In this document: positions 30,824 to 41,200 of the stretch, piece after piece
How the letters are laid out: each line of letters begins with the position of its first letter
Position numbering within the stretch: position 1 is the stretch's first letter
DNA from: an uncultured virus (IMG/VR IMGVR_UViG_3300010160_000040)
Lineage: Duplodnaviria > Heunggongvirae > Uroviricota > Caudoviricetes > Crassvirales
Direction: 5' to 3' (one strand)
DNA: 64,000 nt
IMG/VR virus record: IMGVR_UViG_3300010160_000040
Translations under genes and position numbers: made by a program
The notes under the pieces: generated by a model
What the model saw: only the letters and a program-made list of their open reading frames with translations
What the model was told of the DNA's origin: nothing
The model's database searches: none

Positions 30824-31012
30824 ATGATAAAAACAATAGTATATGAACAAGAAGTAAATTATGGTAGATTTGGACTACTAAAACTAGTAGATGATAATGT
30901 TACTTTTGATACTTCTGATGGTGAATATGGTATAGTTGTATTACCTATCATATTACTAGAAGAGGCTCTTAAACAACATAAAATAAAACAAGATGAAGAT
31001 TTGGCACATTAG
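30824..31012 (+). CDS. small hypothetical protein
   Basis: 62-aa ORF overlapping the next gene. Confidence 0.5.
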   Translation: MIKTIVYEQEVNYGRFGLLKLVDDNVTFDTSDGEYGIVVLPIILLEEALKQHKIKQDEDLAH

Positions 31013-31682
31013 CGATACACATACTAAACATGAATATCTTAATCCTCCTAAAGATTGTGATATTGTAATATTTAGCGGTGATTGTAGTAACCCTAGAGAG
31101 CCTTCTATTAATAAAGTGCAAGTAAGAGATTTTATAACTTGGTTTGTAAATCTTCCTATGAAATATAAAATATTTGTAGCAGGTAATCATGACACTTCTA
31201 TTGAAGCTGGGTATTTAACAAAAGATAATTTTGAATCAGTAGGAATTACTTACTTAGAAAACAGCTCAATTGAAATAGAAGGTTTAAAGATATGGGGTAG
31301 TCCATATACTCCTAGTTTTGGAATAGGTTGGGCTTACAATAAGAAGCGTGAAAAATTACATGATTTGTGGGCTACTATACCTGATGATACTGATATTATA
31401 ATAACTCATGGTCCTCCTAAAGGGATTATGGACTTAGCTTATCATAAAATAGATAATAAGTGGTTATTAGAGTATTGTGGATGCGGTGCTTTATTAAAAA
31501 AAGTATTTCAAATTAAACCTAAGTTAGTTTGTTTTGGACATATTCATGATAATGAAGATAACTTAAATTCAGGTATTAGACAACTAGGAACTTTACCTAC
31601 TATTTTTAGTAATGGTAGTGTAGTAACAGATGGAGAGTTTGATAAAGGGCCTAGTAATAATGGTAATTTAATAACAATTTAG
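30993..31682 (+). CDS. calcineurin-like metallophosphoesterase
   Basis: SDTH, GD, GNHD, THGPP, GHIH. Confidence 0.9.
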   Translation: MKIWHISDTHTKHEYLNPPKDCDIVIFSGDCSNPREPSINKVQVRDFITWFVNLPMKYKIFVAGNHDTSIEAGYLTKDNFESVGITYLENSSIEIEGLKIWGSPYTPSFGIGWAYNKKREKLHDLWATIPDDTDIIITHGPPKGIMDLAYHKIDNKWLLEYCGCGALLKKVFQIKPKLVCFGHIHDNEDNLNSGIRQLGTLPTIFSNGSVVTDGEFDKGPSNNGNLITI

Positions 31683-31913
31683 ATGGTAACTATATTTAAA
31701 AAAGGTAATTTTGAATCTCGTACTAATAAAATCTTAGCGGTATTTACTAACACAGTAATACAATTAGATAAGATGAATGAGGAAATTTCTGCGAGTAATA
31801 GATTAAAAGAAGAGCAAATTAAGGCTATTCAAGATACTATACGAGATCAAAGTAAAGTATATTACAAGAATGTAGTAATTAAAGATAATATTAATAAAAT
31901 TTTAAAAGGGTAA
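31683..31913 (+). CDS. small coiled-coil protein
   Basis: 76-aa ORF abutting the previous stop. Confidence 0.6.
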   Translation: MVTIFKKGNFESRTNKILAVFTNTVIQLDKMNEEISASNRLKEEQIKAIQDTIRDQSKVYYKNVVIKDNINKILKG

Positions 31914-31915
31914 GA

Positions 31916-32155
31916 ATGAAAGGAAAGACTAAAACAACAAAAGGTAAAGTTAAATGTGTAACTACTAAAACTATTAAAGGTAAACGAGTTACTAGTACAG
32001 GAGATGTATTACCTAAAGGAGTATATGTAAGTAATAAGAATATTGCTAATCCTACTTATATGGCTCGTCCTACTTTAAACGGTGAGAGAGTTTATTTAGG
32101 TAGTTTTGCAAGTATTAACAAAGCTAAGAAAGCTATTAAAGAAGCTATTAAGTAA
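31916..32155 (+). CDS. small basic protein with AP2-like DNA-binding motif
   Basis: LPKGVY...YMAR..LNGERVYLGSF.S...A pattern; K/T-rich N-terminus. Confidence 0.55.
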   Translation: MKGKTKTTKGKVKCVTTKTIKGKRVTSTGDVLPKGVYVSNKNIANPTYMARPTLNGERVYLGSFASINKAKKAIKEAIK

Positions 32156-32157
32156 AT

Positions 32158-32197
32158 AAAAAAAGGAGAGGTTTAACAGCCTCTCCTTTTTATTTTT
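32158..32197. terminator. bidirectional intrinsic terminator between the convergent gene blocks
   Basis: A-run GGAGAGG ... CCTCTCC T-run. Confidence 0.9.
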
Positions 32198-32199
32198 AT

Positions 32200-35100
32200 T
32201 TAGTATTTACTAGATTGAGTTGTTTTTGTAGGCTCAAATAAGTTTATAAACTTATAACCTGGTATCCATTTATAAAGATAATAGAGTTTTTCTTTTTTAT
32301 CTTTTATCTTCTTGTTACCCATAATGTTAACTAGACTTCTACCTTCGGCCTCTCCAAAAATTTCATCAAACCCCTCATCAAAAGTATTTTGTATAGTTTT
32401 AGTAGCATTAATTACTAGTCCTAGTATAGGTAAAGGATTATTAAGTAATGTTATCCAATCTCCAGGATTAACTATTCCCATAAGCTCTCTACGATACCTA
32501 TTAAGAATTCTATAAGACTGGCGCGTTGCCCAATTTTTTTTAGCGAACTTATCGTCATCATCAAACCCTCCGCCAAGTATTCCAAGTAATACTAATAAAG
32601 TTAAAATATAAGTTATTTCAGTTGCTAAAGCTCTAATCTGACCTTGCTTATATTCTAAAAAATCTTCAAATGTAAGGCTACCATTTTTAACAGCAGGTAG
32701 ATGTTCATTCTCTTTTAAAAAATTATCATATAAAACTCTAGCTCTATTTTCATTAACTTGAGCAAACTTACTATTTTTAACAAAAGGTAGCATATTAGCA
32801 GCTAATTTAGCACTAGCTAATCCTACATATTTAACTAAATTTAATATTCCAACAGCTTCAGGATCTACTACGTCACTTAATAAAGCAGTATATCTAGCTT
32901 CAGTAACTGTATTAGTTTGTGGATTGTATCTTAAAGATTGTTGTGATAGTATATTATCTACTCCTCTAAATCTCTCTTCAGCTAAAGCAGGTAACCAGTT
33001 TCTAAAACTCATAAATAGCTTACCCATAACAGTCATGTTAGCGGCATTCATATCTTCAGAGTTCAGACCTCCTTTAATAGTTGTAGTAGTATTTAATACA
33101 AGGTTTCTTAATTGAGAATATAACTCAGCATTAACATTACCTTCTTTATCAATTAAACCCTCCACAATAAGAGCTTCTCCTTCTATCTTACTATTATCTA
33201 GTAAAGACTTTAAACCCTCTTCTAAACGCTTAGCATTAAGTCTAACTAAATTATTATTTTTATCTAGCCCATAGTTTTGTAACATAGAATACATTACTTG
33301 CTCATCTATATGTTCATCACCTACTCTAAATCCAGCAAATAAAGTATTATAATTTATATTTTGAGCTAAATTATTTTTCCCCATTTTAGCTACCTTATCT
33401 AGCCAAGGCATAGATTTACGATCTTCAGGTTTACCTGCATAAGGCTGTATAAAATTAGCTAGAGCAAAGTATAAAGGCTTTTTTTCATTAGAGTATCTAT
33501 CTTTTAAAGACTTACCCCACATAGTTTTAGTATAGAAATATCCTTTATCACCCTCAAAGAAAGCATTAGTTCTAGCCCCCATTAAGTTAACTAGATTAGA
33601 TATAGGAGAAATAGCAAGTTCTTTTATTTGTTGATACTGCTTAATTTTTAAAAGGCCTTGTTTAAGCTTACTAGGTTTATCTTTATAGAATACTCCGTAT
33701 AAGTGATAGTTAACCATATCTTCAAATAACCTAGACTCCTCAGTTTGAGGACCTTCTTCTGTTTGAGCTTTTTGATCATTGTTAATTCTAACTTCTTTAC
33801 CATCGGCTGTAGTTTGGTTAACACCTTTTTCAGCAAGTATATCTTTTAAAGCTTCAATAGTACTCTCAGTATGTTTTAAGTTATTATAACTAAAAGCCAT
33901 TTGAGCAAATACAGCTAAGCTAGAAGACAAATCAAAAGACTTTAAAGTATTATCTATATCACCTTGGTTATTAACTAAAGGATTAATAAAGTATTTAGGT
34001 ATCTCTCTTTTTTGTAATCCAGTAGCTGGGTCTATTTCTCCTCTTAATGTTATATAACCTTCTTTATAAAGAATAGTATTGTTTTCTTGAACACTCATTA
34101 TGTTCATAAAGTTTTCTTTAGAAAATACAGTAGAGCCATTCATAAACTGCTCCATAGTATTACCTTTTATCCAAGGTATAAAGTTATTAGGTACTTTAGT
34201 ATACTGTATATCAAGCAAGCTTCTAAATTGCTCCATACTTTCTTCCCAGAAATTATAGTAATTTAACAAAGCTGGAGTACTTCTAATCTTAGCATATTCA
34301 GGATTAAGTAAATTTTCACTTACTTTAGAAGGATCTATTTCATAATACTTATACCAATAATCACTATATTTACTAGTAGAAGATTTTAAATCTGGATTGT
34401 TCTCATTAATCCATTCAATTAAATCCTTATTAGTTTGTATATCACCCATAGTATAAGAATTTATAATCATGTGTTTTTGTAAAGCTGCTTGATAAAGCTC
34501 TTTATAGTCTTCTTTAAGTTTTACCATACTATCTAAAGTTTTGTCATCTTTCTCTCTTCTAGCTTCTTCTAATTCATCATATAACTCACTTTTAAACTTA
34601 GTATGTAAATTACCTGACTTCTTGTTAATAAGTAAATCATAAACTTTAAAACCACCTAATCCATTAGCAGCACCCCAAACTTGAAGTTCTTTATTAAGTT
34701 TATCTAATTTATCAGTAAACTTTATTAAATCTAATCTTGTTTTAGTGTTAGCACCTTCAATAATAGTTCTAGCTTTTTTAAATATAGTATTGTTAATATT
34801 ACTAAATCTACGGAGCAATTTATCAAACCAAGTTAAGTTTTTATCTCCGAGCATAGCAGCTCTGTCATCTAAATTTAAAGTTAAATCTATTGTTCTTTGT
34901 TTTAAAGCCTCTTCTAGATTATTAGCAACACCTGCAATAGTATCTAAGTTAGCAAAATATGCAGCTCTATCTAAAGCATTAGCTTTATCCTCAGGAATAC
35001 TTTTAATAAAGTCAGGGGTACTATTAGCAATAGCTTTAAAGAGTTGTAAATCCGACATTAAATCATCAATCTTAGATAGGTTTAAGTACAAAGTGTTACC

Positions 35101-36369
35101 TTCTTCTAGGTAATCGGATTTAAGCGTTCTATTAATATCTAAATAGCCTTGTATAAGACCATTATAAAGTTCAGTAAACCCTTTAATATCTTTCTTTAAC
35201 ATAATAGAGTTAATCAAAGAATTTAACTTCTTAATTCTACCTCTAAGTTTAAAAGCTTCAGCTGTTTCATCAGCTAATCTTTCTAACCTTTTAGTTAAGT
35301 TATGCTTTAATTTATTAGCTTTTGATAAAGCTTCATCTAATCCAGCTACCCCAGTACTTTCTAAAGTAATAGGAATAGGAGTAAGAAATTTCTTTTTATC
35401 AGAATCCTCTCCCATTTTAATAGTAGTAATAACATCAGTTAGCCTAGCACCTTCTTTTTTAGTAGGATCAGCTTTTTTCTTCTCAACAAATCCTATTTGA
35501 ACAGGCATAATTCTAGCAAACCTAAAATTTTTAACTCCTGTCTTCTTATACATATCCATAAGAGTAGGTAATTGCACATTAAATTCTTCTATCTTGTAAC
35601 CAGGAATCCAATCATCTTTAACTATATTACCATTAGCATCTAGCTTACTATAATGAGGAGTCATAGTTTTATAATCAAGTACCCCACCAGATTTATCACT
35701 AAAAAGAAAAAATAAGTCAGCTGTACCCCCTTTAGAACCATCAGTATCTAAATTAAAATCTTCAGCTTGAATAAATACCTTTTTAGTAGGGTCTATATCT
35801 TTTTGTATATCAATACCTAATTTAACTAACTTTTCTATCTCAAAAAACAAAGCTTCAAAGTCTTGAGGATTTAATCCTAACTCATCACTAATTTCTTGAA
35901 CAGTTTTTAATTCTTCCTTACTAGGAGGGTTTTCTATAAATTTAGCATACTTATTCTTAAAAATATTAGTTAAATCTTGAGCAGCTTTATGAAACTTAGT
36001 ACCTCCATTTCTTTTTACTTCATTATCAGGTAAGTTAGATAGCTCATCAGAAGCTTCTTTACCTCGTCTTTTAACAAAAGCAGCTTTGTTTTTATCTGTT
36101 ACACGACCTTGAACAGCTAACTCTTTAGTATCTATCCAAACATATCTAGAAGTCTTACCTGAGCCATCTAAATGTAAGCCTTTAGTAAGTTTACTATTGT
36201 CTACAAGCTCAGTTGTAAATAATCCTTGTAGTATCTTTCTTCTAGCTATAACATCTTCAACTGTATCATTAGGATTTCCTTTTAAGAATTCAAATTTCTT
36301 TTGGTTAACTAAATCTCTAACAGTTTGAATATCAAACTTACTTGGGTCTATTGGACAATTTACTGGCAT
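32200..36369 (-). CDS. large virion (ejection) protein with N-terminal PD-(D/E)XK-like domain
   Basis: 1389 aa; GT.FH...E...GTADL...LDYKT; hydrophobic helix near the C-terminus; last gene of the RNAP cassette. Confidence 0.75.
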   Translation of the reverse strand: MPVNCPIDPSKFDIQTVRDLVNQKKFEFLKGNPNDTVEDVIARRKILQGLFTTELVDNSKLTKGLHLDGSGKTSRYVWIDTKELAVQGRVTDKNKAAFVKRRGKEASDELSNLPDNEVKRNGGTKFHKAAQDLTNIFKNKYAKFIENPPSKEELKTVQEISDELGLNPQDFEALFFEIEKLVKLGIDIQKDIDPTKKVFIQAEDFNLDTDGSKGGTADLFFLFSDKSGGVLDYKTMTPHYSKLDANGNIVKDDWIPGYKIEEFNVQLPTLMDMYKKTGVKNFRFARIMPVQIGFVEKKKADPTKKEGARLTDVITTIKMGEDSDKKKFLTPIPITLESTGVAGLDEALSKANKLKHNLTKRLERLADETAEAFKLRGRIKKLNSLINSIMLKKDIKGFTELYNGLIQGYLDINRTLKSDYLEEGNTLYLNLSKIDDLMSDLQLFKAIANSTPDFIKSIPEDKANALDRAAYFANLDTIAGVANNLEEALKQRTIDLTLNLDDRAAMLGDKNLTWFDKLLRRFSNINNTIFKKARTIIEGANTKTRLDLIKFTDKLDKLNKELQVWGAANGLGGFKVYDLLINKKSGNLHTKFKSELYDELEEARREKDDKTLDSMVKLKEDYKELYQAALQKHMIINSYTMGDIQTNKDLIEWINENNPDLKSSTSKYSDYWYKYYEIDPSKVSENLLNPEYAKIRSTPALLNYYNFWEESMEQFRSLLDIQYTKVPNNFIPWIKGNTMEQFMNGSTVFSKENFMNIMSVQENNTILYKEGYITLRGEIDPATGLQKREIPKYFINPLVNNQGDIDNTLKSFDLSSSLAVFAQMAFSYNNLKHTESTIEALKDILAEKGVNQTTADGKEVRINNDQKAQTEEGPQTEESRLFEDMVNYHLYGVFYKDKPSKLKQGLLKIKQYQQIKELAISPISNLVNLMGARTNAFFEGDKGYFYTKTMWGKSLKDRYSNEKKPLYFALANFIQPYAGKPEDRKSMPWLDKVAKMGKNNLAQNINYNTLFAGFRVGDEHIDEQVMYSMLQNYGLDKNNNLVRLNAKRLEEGLKSLLDNSKIEGEALIVEGLIDKEGNVNAELYSQLRNLVLNTTTTIKGGLNSEDMNAANMTVMGKLFMSFRNWLPALAEERFRGVDNILSQQSLRYNPQTNTVTEARYTALLSDVVDPEAVGILNLVKYVGLASAKLAANMLPFVKNSKFAQVNENRARVLYDNFLKENEHLPAVKNGSLTFEDFLEYKQGQIRALATEITYILTLLVLLGILGGGFDDDDKFAKKNWATRQSYRILNRYRRELMGIVNPGDWITLLNNPLPILGLVINATKTIQNTFDEGFDEIFGEAEGRSLVNIMGNKKIKDKKEKLYYLYKWIPGYKFINLFEPTKTTQSSKY

Positions 36370-37850
36370 TTTCTTTCTAATTTATTTTCTTGTACTAATT
36401 CTTCTATAATATCTTCGTTACTAGTTTGGTAATATAAATTTTTGTATTTACTTTCTTGTAAATTAACAGGTAATACATTTATGTAGTCAGTCTGATCTTT
36501 AGGTCTATCAAACATTAACTCTTTTTGTCCTAATGGGGATAAACTAAGTTTACCTTCAAAAATATCTTGCCATGATGCTACATTTTCAAAAGATTCTTCC
36601 TCATTACCACCAATAAAAAAATCTAAAGTTTTAATTTTTTTAGCTCCTTCTAATATAGGCAATAAATTATTATTTGGACCATAAACATTTATATCAAACA
36701 TTGGAGCACTAGGATTAATTTTTCTTTTAGTTTCTATTCTATATCCTTTTGAAGCTTGTAAATAACTTTTTGTAATATAATTATTAGACTCATTTTTTAT
36801 TTCTCTTAATTTAACAATATTTGGTTTATCCATTAACTTATCAAAAGCTTCTTGCCCATTTTCATCTAACCATTTTTGAGATACTTTAAAATCAAGATCA
36901 TGAATCTGCTCACCTCTCCATCTTTCTATATTTGTTTGTTTAGCAATAGCTAGACTGCCAGCAAGTTTAAATGGAAGATTTTCTGTGTACTCATTAACTA
37001 TTTGTTTTGAAAGAAGGTCTTGATCTAAAGCCTTATTATAATCTACATTTGAGTAAGCAAATGATTTTTGAGATGTTACTAATGATTTATCTCCAGCTAG
37101 CATTCCTTCAGCTATTTTTACAACAGCTTGTTTATCATAGACTATACGATTATTTTTTTTAATATTAAATTTACTACGGATAGATTTAAAGAACTCATCA
37201 ATTAAAGCTTTAATTTTTTGTAATAATGTTTTTTCAACAGGATTTTTAGATGTGTATTGATTAACAATTGCATCTCTTATAAGATGTCCTAAAGCTTCTA
37301 TTTTAACTTTATTTTCATCTTTATAAATTGGCATATATTGTTTTTTAACACTATTATATCCTGACCAACTTTCTATATTTGTAAAAGCCTCTTTAATTAA
37401 TGGATGGTTTTTACCCATAAGCATAACTATCATATGAGCAGCTTCTTCAGGTACTGTAGTTATGTTTCTTTTAGATGATAAATATATAAGCTTTTGTATA
37501 ACATCTGTAGCCCCTAAAGCATCTACACCAAATCTTTTTTTAAAGTCATTTAATTCTTTAGTTGTTACCCCAAATTCATTAAGAAATAAAAGAAGCTGGT
37601 CATCAAGTTTTTTTTCAGCCGCAGGAAGTTTTGATTTATCAAGTTGAAAAAAAGAATTATTATCTACTTCTGGTTTAACACTCTCCATAGTAGTAATACC
37701 CAACTCTTGTAAAGTCGGGTATCTATTGTGTATTCCAGATTCAGTCATCCATTTAGAAACCATCATTTCAAATTCTAATGGCTGCTTTTTACTTTCAGCT
37801 AATAACTTTTGGAATTCTGGGTTACTAGAAGTTATACAGAATGTAGCCAT
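36360..37850 (-). CDS. virion-associated protein with zincin-like (EExxH) and nucleotidyltransferase-like (GS...DxD) domains
   Basis: PEEAAH; LAGSLA...HDLDF...LDFF. Confidence 0.6.
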   Translation of the reverse strand: MATFCITSSNPEFQKLLAESKKQPLEFEMMVSKWMTESGIHNRYPTLQELGITTMESVKPEVDNNSFFQLDKSKLPAAEKKLDDQLLLFLNEFGVTTKELNDFKKRFGVDALGATDVIQKLIYLSSKRNITTVPEEAAHMIVMLMGKNHPLIKEAFTNIESWSGYNSVKKQYMPIYKDENKVKIEALGHLIRDAIVNQYTSKNPVEKTLLQKIKALIDEFFKSIRSKFNIKKNNRIVYDKQAVVKIAEGMLAGDKSLVTSQKSFAYSNVDYNKALDQDLLSKQIVNEYTENLPFKLAGSLAIAKQTNIERWRGEQIHDLDFKVSQKWLDENGQEAFDKLMDKPNIVKLREIKNESNNYITKSYLQASKGYRIETKRKINPSAPMFDINVYGPNNNLLPILEGAKKIKTLDFFIGGNEEESFENVASWQDIFEGKLSLSPLGQKELMFDRPKDQTDYINVLPVNLQESKYKNLYYQTSNEDIIEELVQENKLERKCQ

Positions 37851-38260
37851 TAGTGTAAGTTTTCTAATTTATAAATTACGTGAGCAAATTGTTCTAATAT
37901 ATTATCAATCATTTGCTCTATATATCCTTCAGTAACTCTAGCTCTCATAGCCTCAATCTTAGCCATCTCTTTCTTAATATAAGAGATAGGCTCTACATTA
38001 TTAGTAATCATCATTGATGAATAGTTTAACATAAGACCAGTTTTAACAAAACTTTTCTCTACTAAATCATCATTTAAATCAGCTAATGATGAGTAGAATG
38101 CACCAAGTGCCTCATGCATTGCAAATGATTTATCTCTTGCTTGTAGATGTACTATATGCATTTGAATTTCAGCTTCAAATAAGCATTGTGATATAGCTTG
38201 TACAGCCATTTTAGTTGATCCGCTAGGTTCCATTTGACTTCCTTTTAATTTAGGTAACAT
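37850..38260 (-). CDS. ferritin/Dps-like four-helix protein
   Basis: HIVHLQ...SFAMHEALGAFY..L.DL.DDLVE; ends YKLENL. Confidence 0.75.
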   Translation of the reverse strand: MLPKLKGSQMEPSGSTKMAVQAISQCLFEAEIQMHIVHLQARDKSFAMHEALGAFYSSLADLNDDLVEKSFVKTGLMLNYSSMMITNNVEPISYIKKEMAKIEAMRARVTEGYIEQMIDNILEQFAHVIYKLENLH

Positions 38261-38271
38261 TTTATTTTATT

Positions 38272-41200
38272 TTAAGTTAAACAAGATTTTAAAAACTCAA
38301 TAGTTGATTTTCTATCTTTTAGTAATTGAGCTTCTATTTGAATTAAAGCATTATTTTTATCAGCAGACATTTTTTTAGCTATCATATTATCTAATATAAT
38401 AACTTTTTGCTCATTTGTGAAATCTTCAAGGTTATAAAAAGTATCAGCTTTTTTATCTTCAGTAGAAGTAGTAGCTTGTGATTGAGTAGATACAGGTATA
38501 TCTCCCGTATTATCAATACCTATTTCAGCAAGTTTTGTATTAAGATAATTCCATATTTTAGGAGCACTGTCTTTCATATTAGAAATAGCACCTTTACCAA
38601 AAGGCATTTCTGCACCAAACTTAATACCATTATACTTCTTAGATGCCTGTTTAATAGTTTCTATTTCATCATCAATAATTTTCTTGTATTCATTAAATTG
38701 GTCATCTGTCCATTGAGTTCTCTTATCATCTACCATTGTAGTAATAGGATAAACATTTTTAAGACCTCTTGCTACAGCTTGTGTTTTACTTGCATATTTT
38801 TTATCTACACCATATTTTTTAGCATACCAACTGTTAGGATCAATAACTCCTGAGCCTGACGTTCTACCAGCATTATCTGTAAATAAATACATATACTCTG
38901 TATCTTTTTCAGCTGATTCTCTAGTAAATCTTTGTGATTCATTTAGAGGAATTACTTTAACACTAGTAGATGGTTGAGTAGATGTAGTAGACCCGCTAGA
39001 ACTTACTTCAGCAACTTTACCAGTTATTCTTTCCATAATATTTCTAACTTCATAACCATTTAAGTACTCTTCAATTTCAGCAGCTTTATTAGCAACTTCC
39101 CCAGTTAAAGGTCTAGTATAATCAATAGCATTAAACCCTCCTATAGGGCCGATACTCTCACTATTAACACCATTAATTAAAATAACTAACTTACCAGTAG
39201 AAAAATCCTTTTTAAACGGAGAAAATATATTACCTACTTTAGGTTTTTTATTAATTTGATTAGGATTAGCTAAGAAGAATTTAACATAGAAATCAGCGAG
39301 TACTTTATTAGTAATACCTTTAACATCCATAGTAGCTATAAAGTCTAATACTTTCTTTTGAGCTTCGTAAGGTAAAACCTTATTAAGTTGGTAAGTACTA
39401 TTACTTATACCAGATTGGAATATATTAAATACTATTAAATCATCATATAAATTTTCATCTATCTTTTTAATATCTGCAAATGCTTGAGCTAAACTATTAG
39501 CTTCGCTATCTGTTAATTTACCTGCATATAACTTTAAGTTATCTATCTTTTCATTCTCATTAATACCTAGCTTATTATCTAATTGAGCTACTAATTGATT
39601 AATTAAATAGTTATTTTCAAAAGCTGGATTCTTTTTAGCTTTAAGTATTCTTCTAGCTATACTATTATCACCTTTAAATAAAGTATCAAACTTACCTTTA
39701 AACTGTGTATTATTTTTAGTATTTTGAATTAAGTAGTTAATAAGGTTTTCATCAAATCTTTGTCTAGCTTTACTATTAATTTCTTTATTTTTAATATGGT
39801 CAAAAGCTTTAGCTCTTAAATCTTCTGTTAGATCTCTCATTCTTTCAGTACTCTTAGTAAGATAAAGTTGATCAAACCATTTAGATATTAACTCTCTAGA
39901 TTTAATAAAAGGAGTTAATAAACTATTGTTCATTAAGTCATCTATAGTTTCTTTACTAAATATACCATTTTCACCAGTAATCTCTTTATAAAGAGTTTCT
40001 AGAGCTTGTACGTCACTAGGACTTTTTTGATATTTAGTATCAGCTGATAGTTCAGTTTTAACATCTGTTATCTTATTAGCAGAATCTTCTATAGCTATCC
40101 ATGTATATAACTCATTTTGTTCATTAGGAAACTCTTTACTTAGATACTTAATAATATCTTCTTTTTTATTTAGACCTCTTTTTACACTAATTGACTTAGC
40201 ATTACTTTTATTTCTTAATCTATAGTATTCTCTTATAACAGGGGAATTAACTACAGAGATAATATCTGACACAGAGTACCCTTGTAATACCATATAACAA
40301 ACAGGATTTAAGGTATCTAGTACAATGTTAACAACAGCTGAATAGCTATCTTTAACAATATCTACCTGACTTGTAATAAGAGCAGACAATACATCTTCTA
40401 CTTCTTGTACATAATTTCCAATTTGTATACTAGTTATAGAAAACTTAGTACCATCTTTTAAAGATTTATTATACATTTCCATAATCTTATGGAATGTAAT
40501 CCAAGTAGCTACAATACCTACACCTTGTTTACCTCCTACATATTCTAAAGTTGATTTAACTAAAGAGCCTATTTTAAATATATCAGTAAAAGGTTTATTA
40601 ACAGAGTTATCAGTACCTAAAGTTTTCTTCTGCTCTATTTGAGCTAATTTTTGTATATCTCCTCCAGTAATAGGCTTTAAAAATCTAGCTATCCTAGCAG
40701 GGTTTAATAACATCTCTATTTCAACTTCTAGTAATCTAGCTTGTAATTTTTTAGTACCTTCTAACTTATCTGAAGATATAGTATTAAAGTTATCATCTAA
40801 GAAAGGTAAGAATAAACTTTCCTTATCTATATCAAAATCACCTCCAGTCTTTACAATAATCTCATTAGGTACTATAATAGTTTGAGTATACATTGGATAT
40901 AAAAACTTCTTAACTTGTAGTACATCATTAGAGCTAAACTGTTGATTAGGTATCCTTAAACCTTTAACTATAATTGGAGGTACAAAACCAGCTTCTATAT
41001 CAGCATTAAGTAAATCAATAGCCTTAATAATATCTTTAGTTCTGTACTTTTTAAATAGGCCAGGTAGCTTTTCTATTGGAAAAGGTAGTGCACATTCAGC
41101 TGGGTGTACTTCAATTATATTACCATCTTTATCATAACTAAATTCATAAAATTTTAAAAAAGCTCCGCCTACAGCTTTACCATTACTCGCTTCTCTATTA

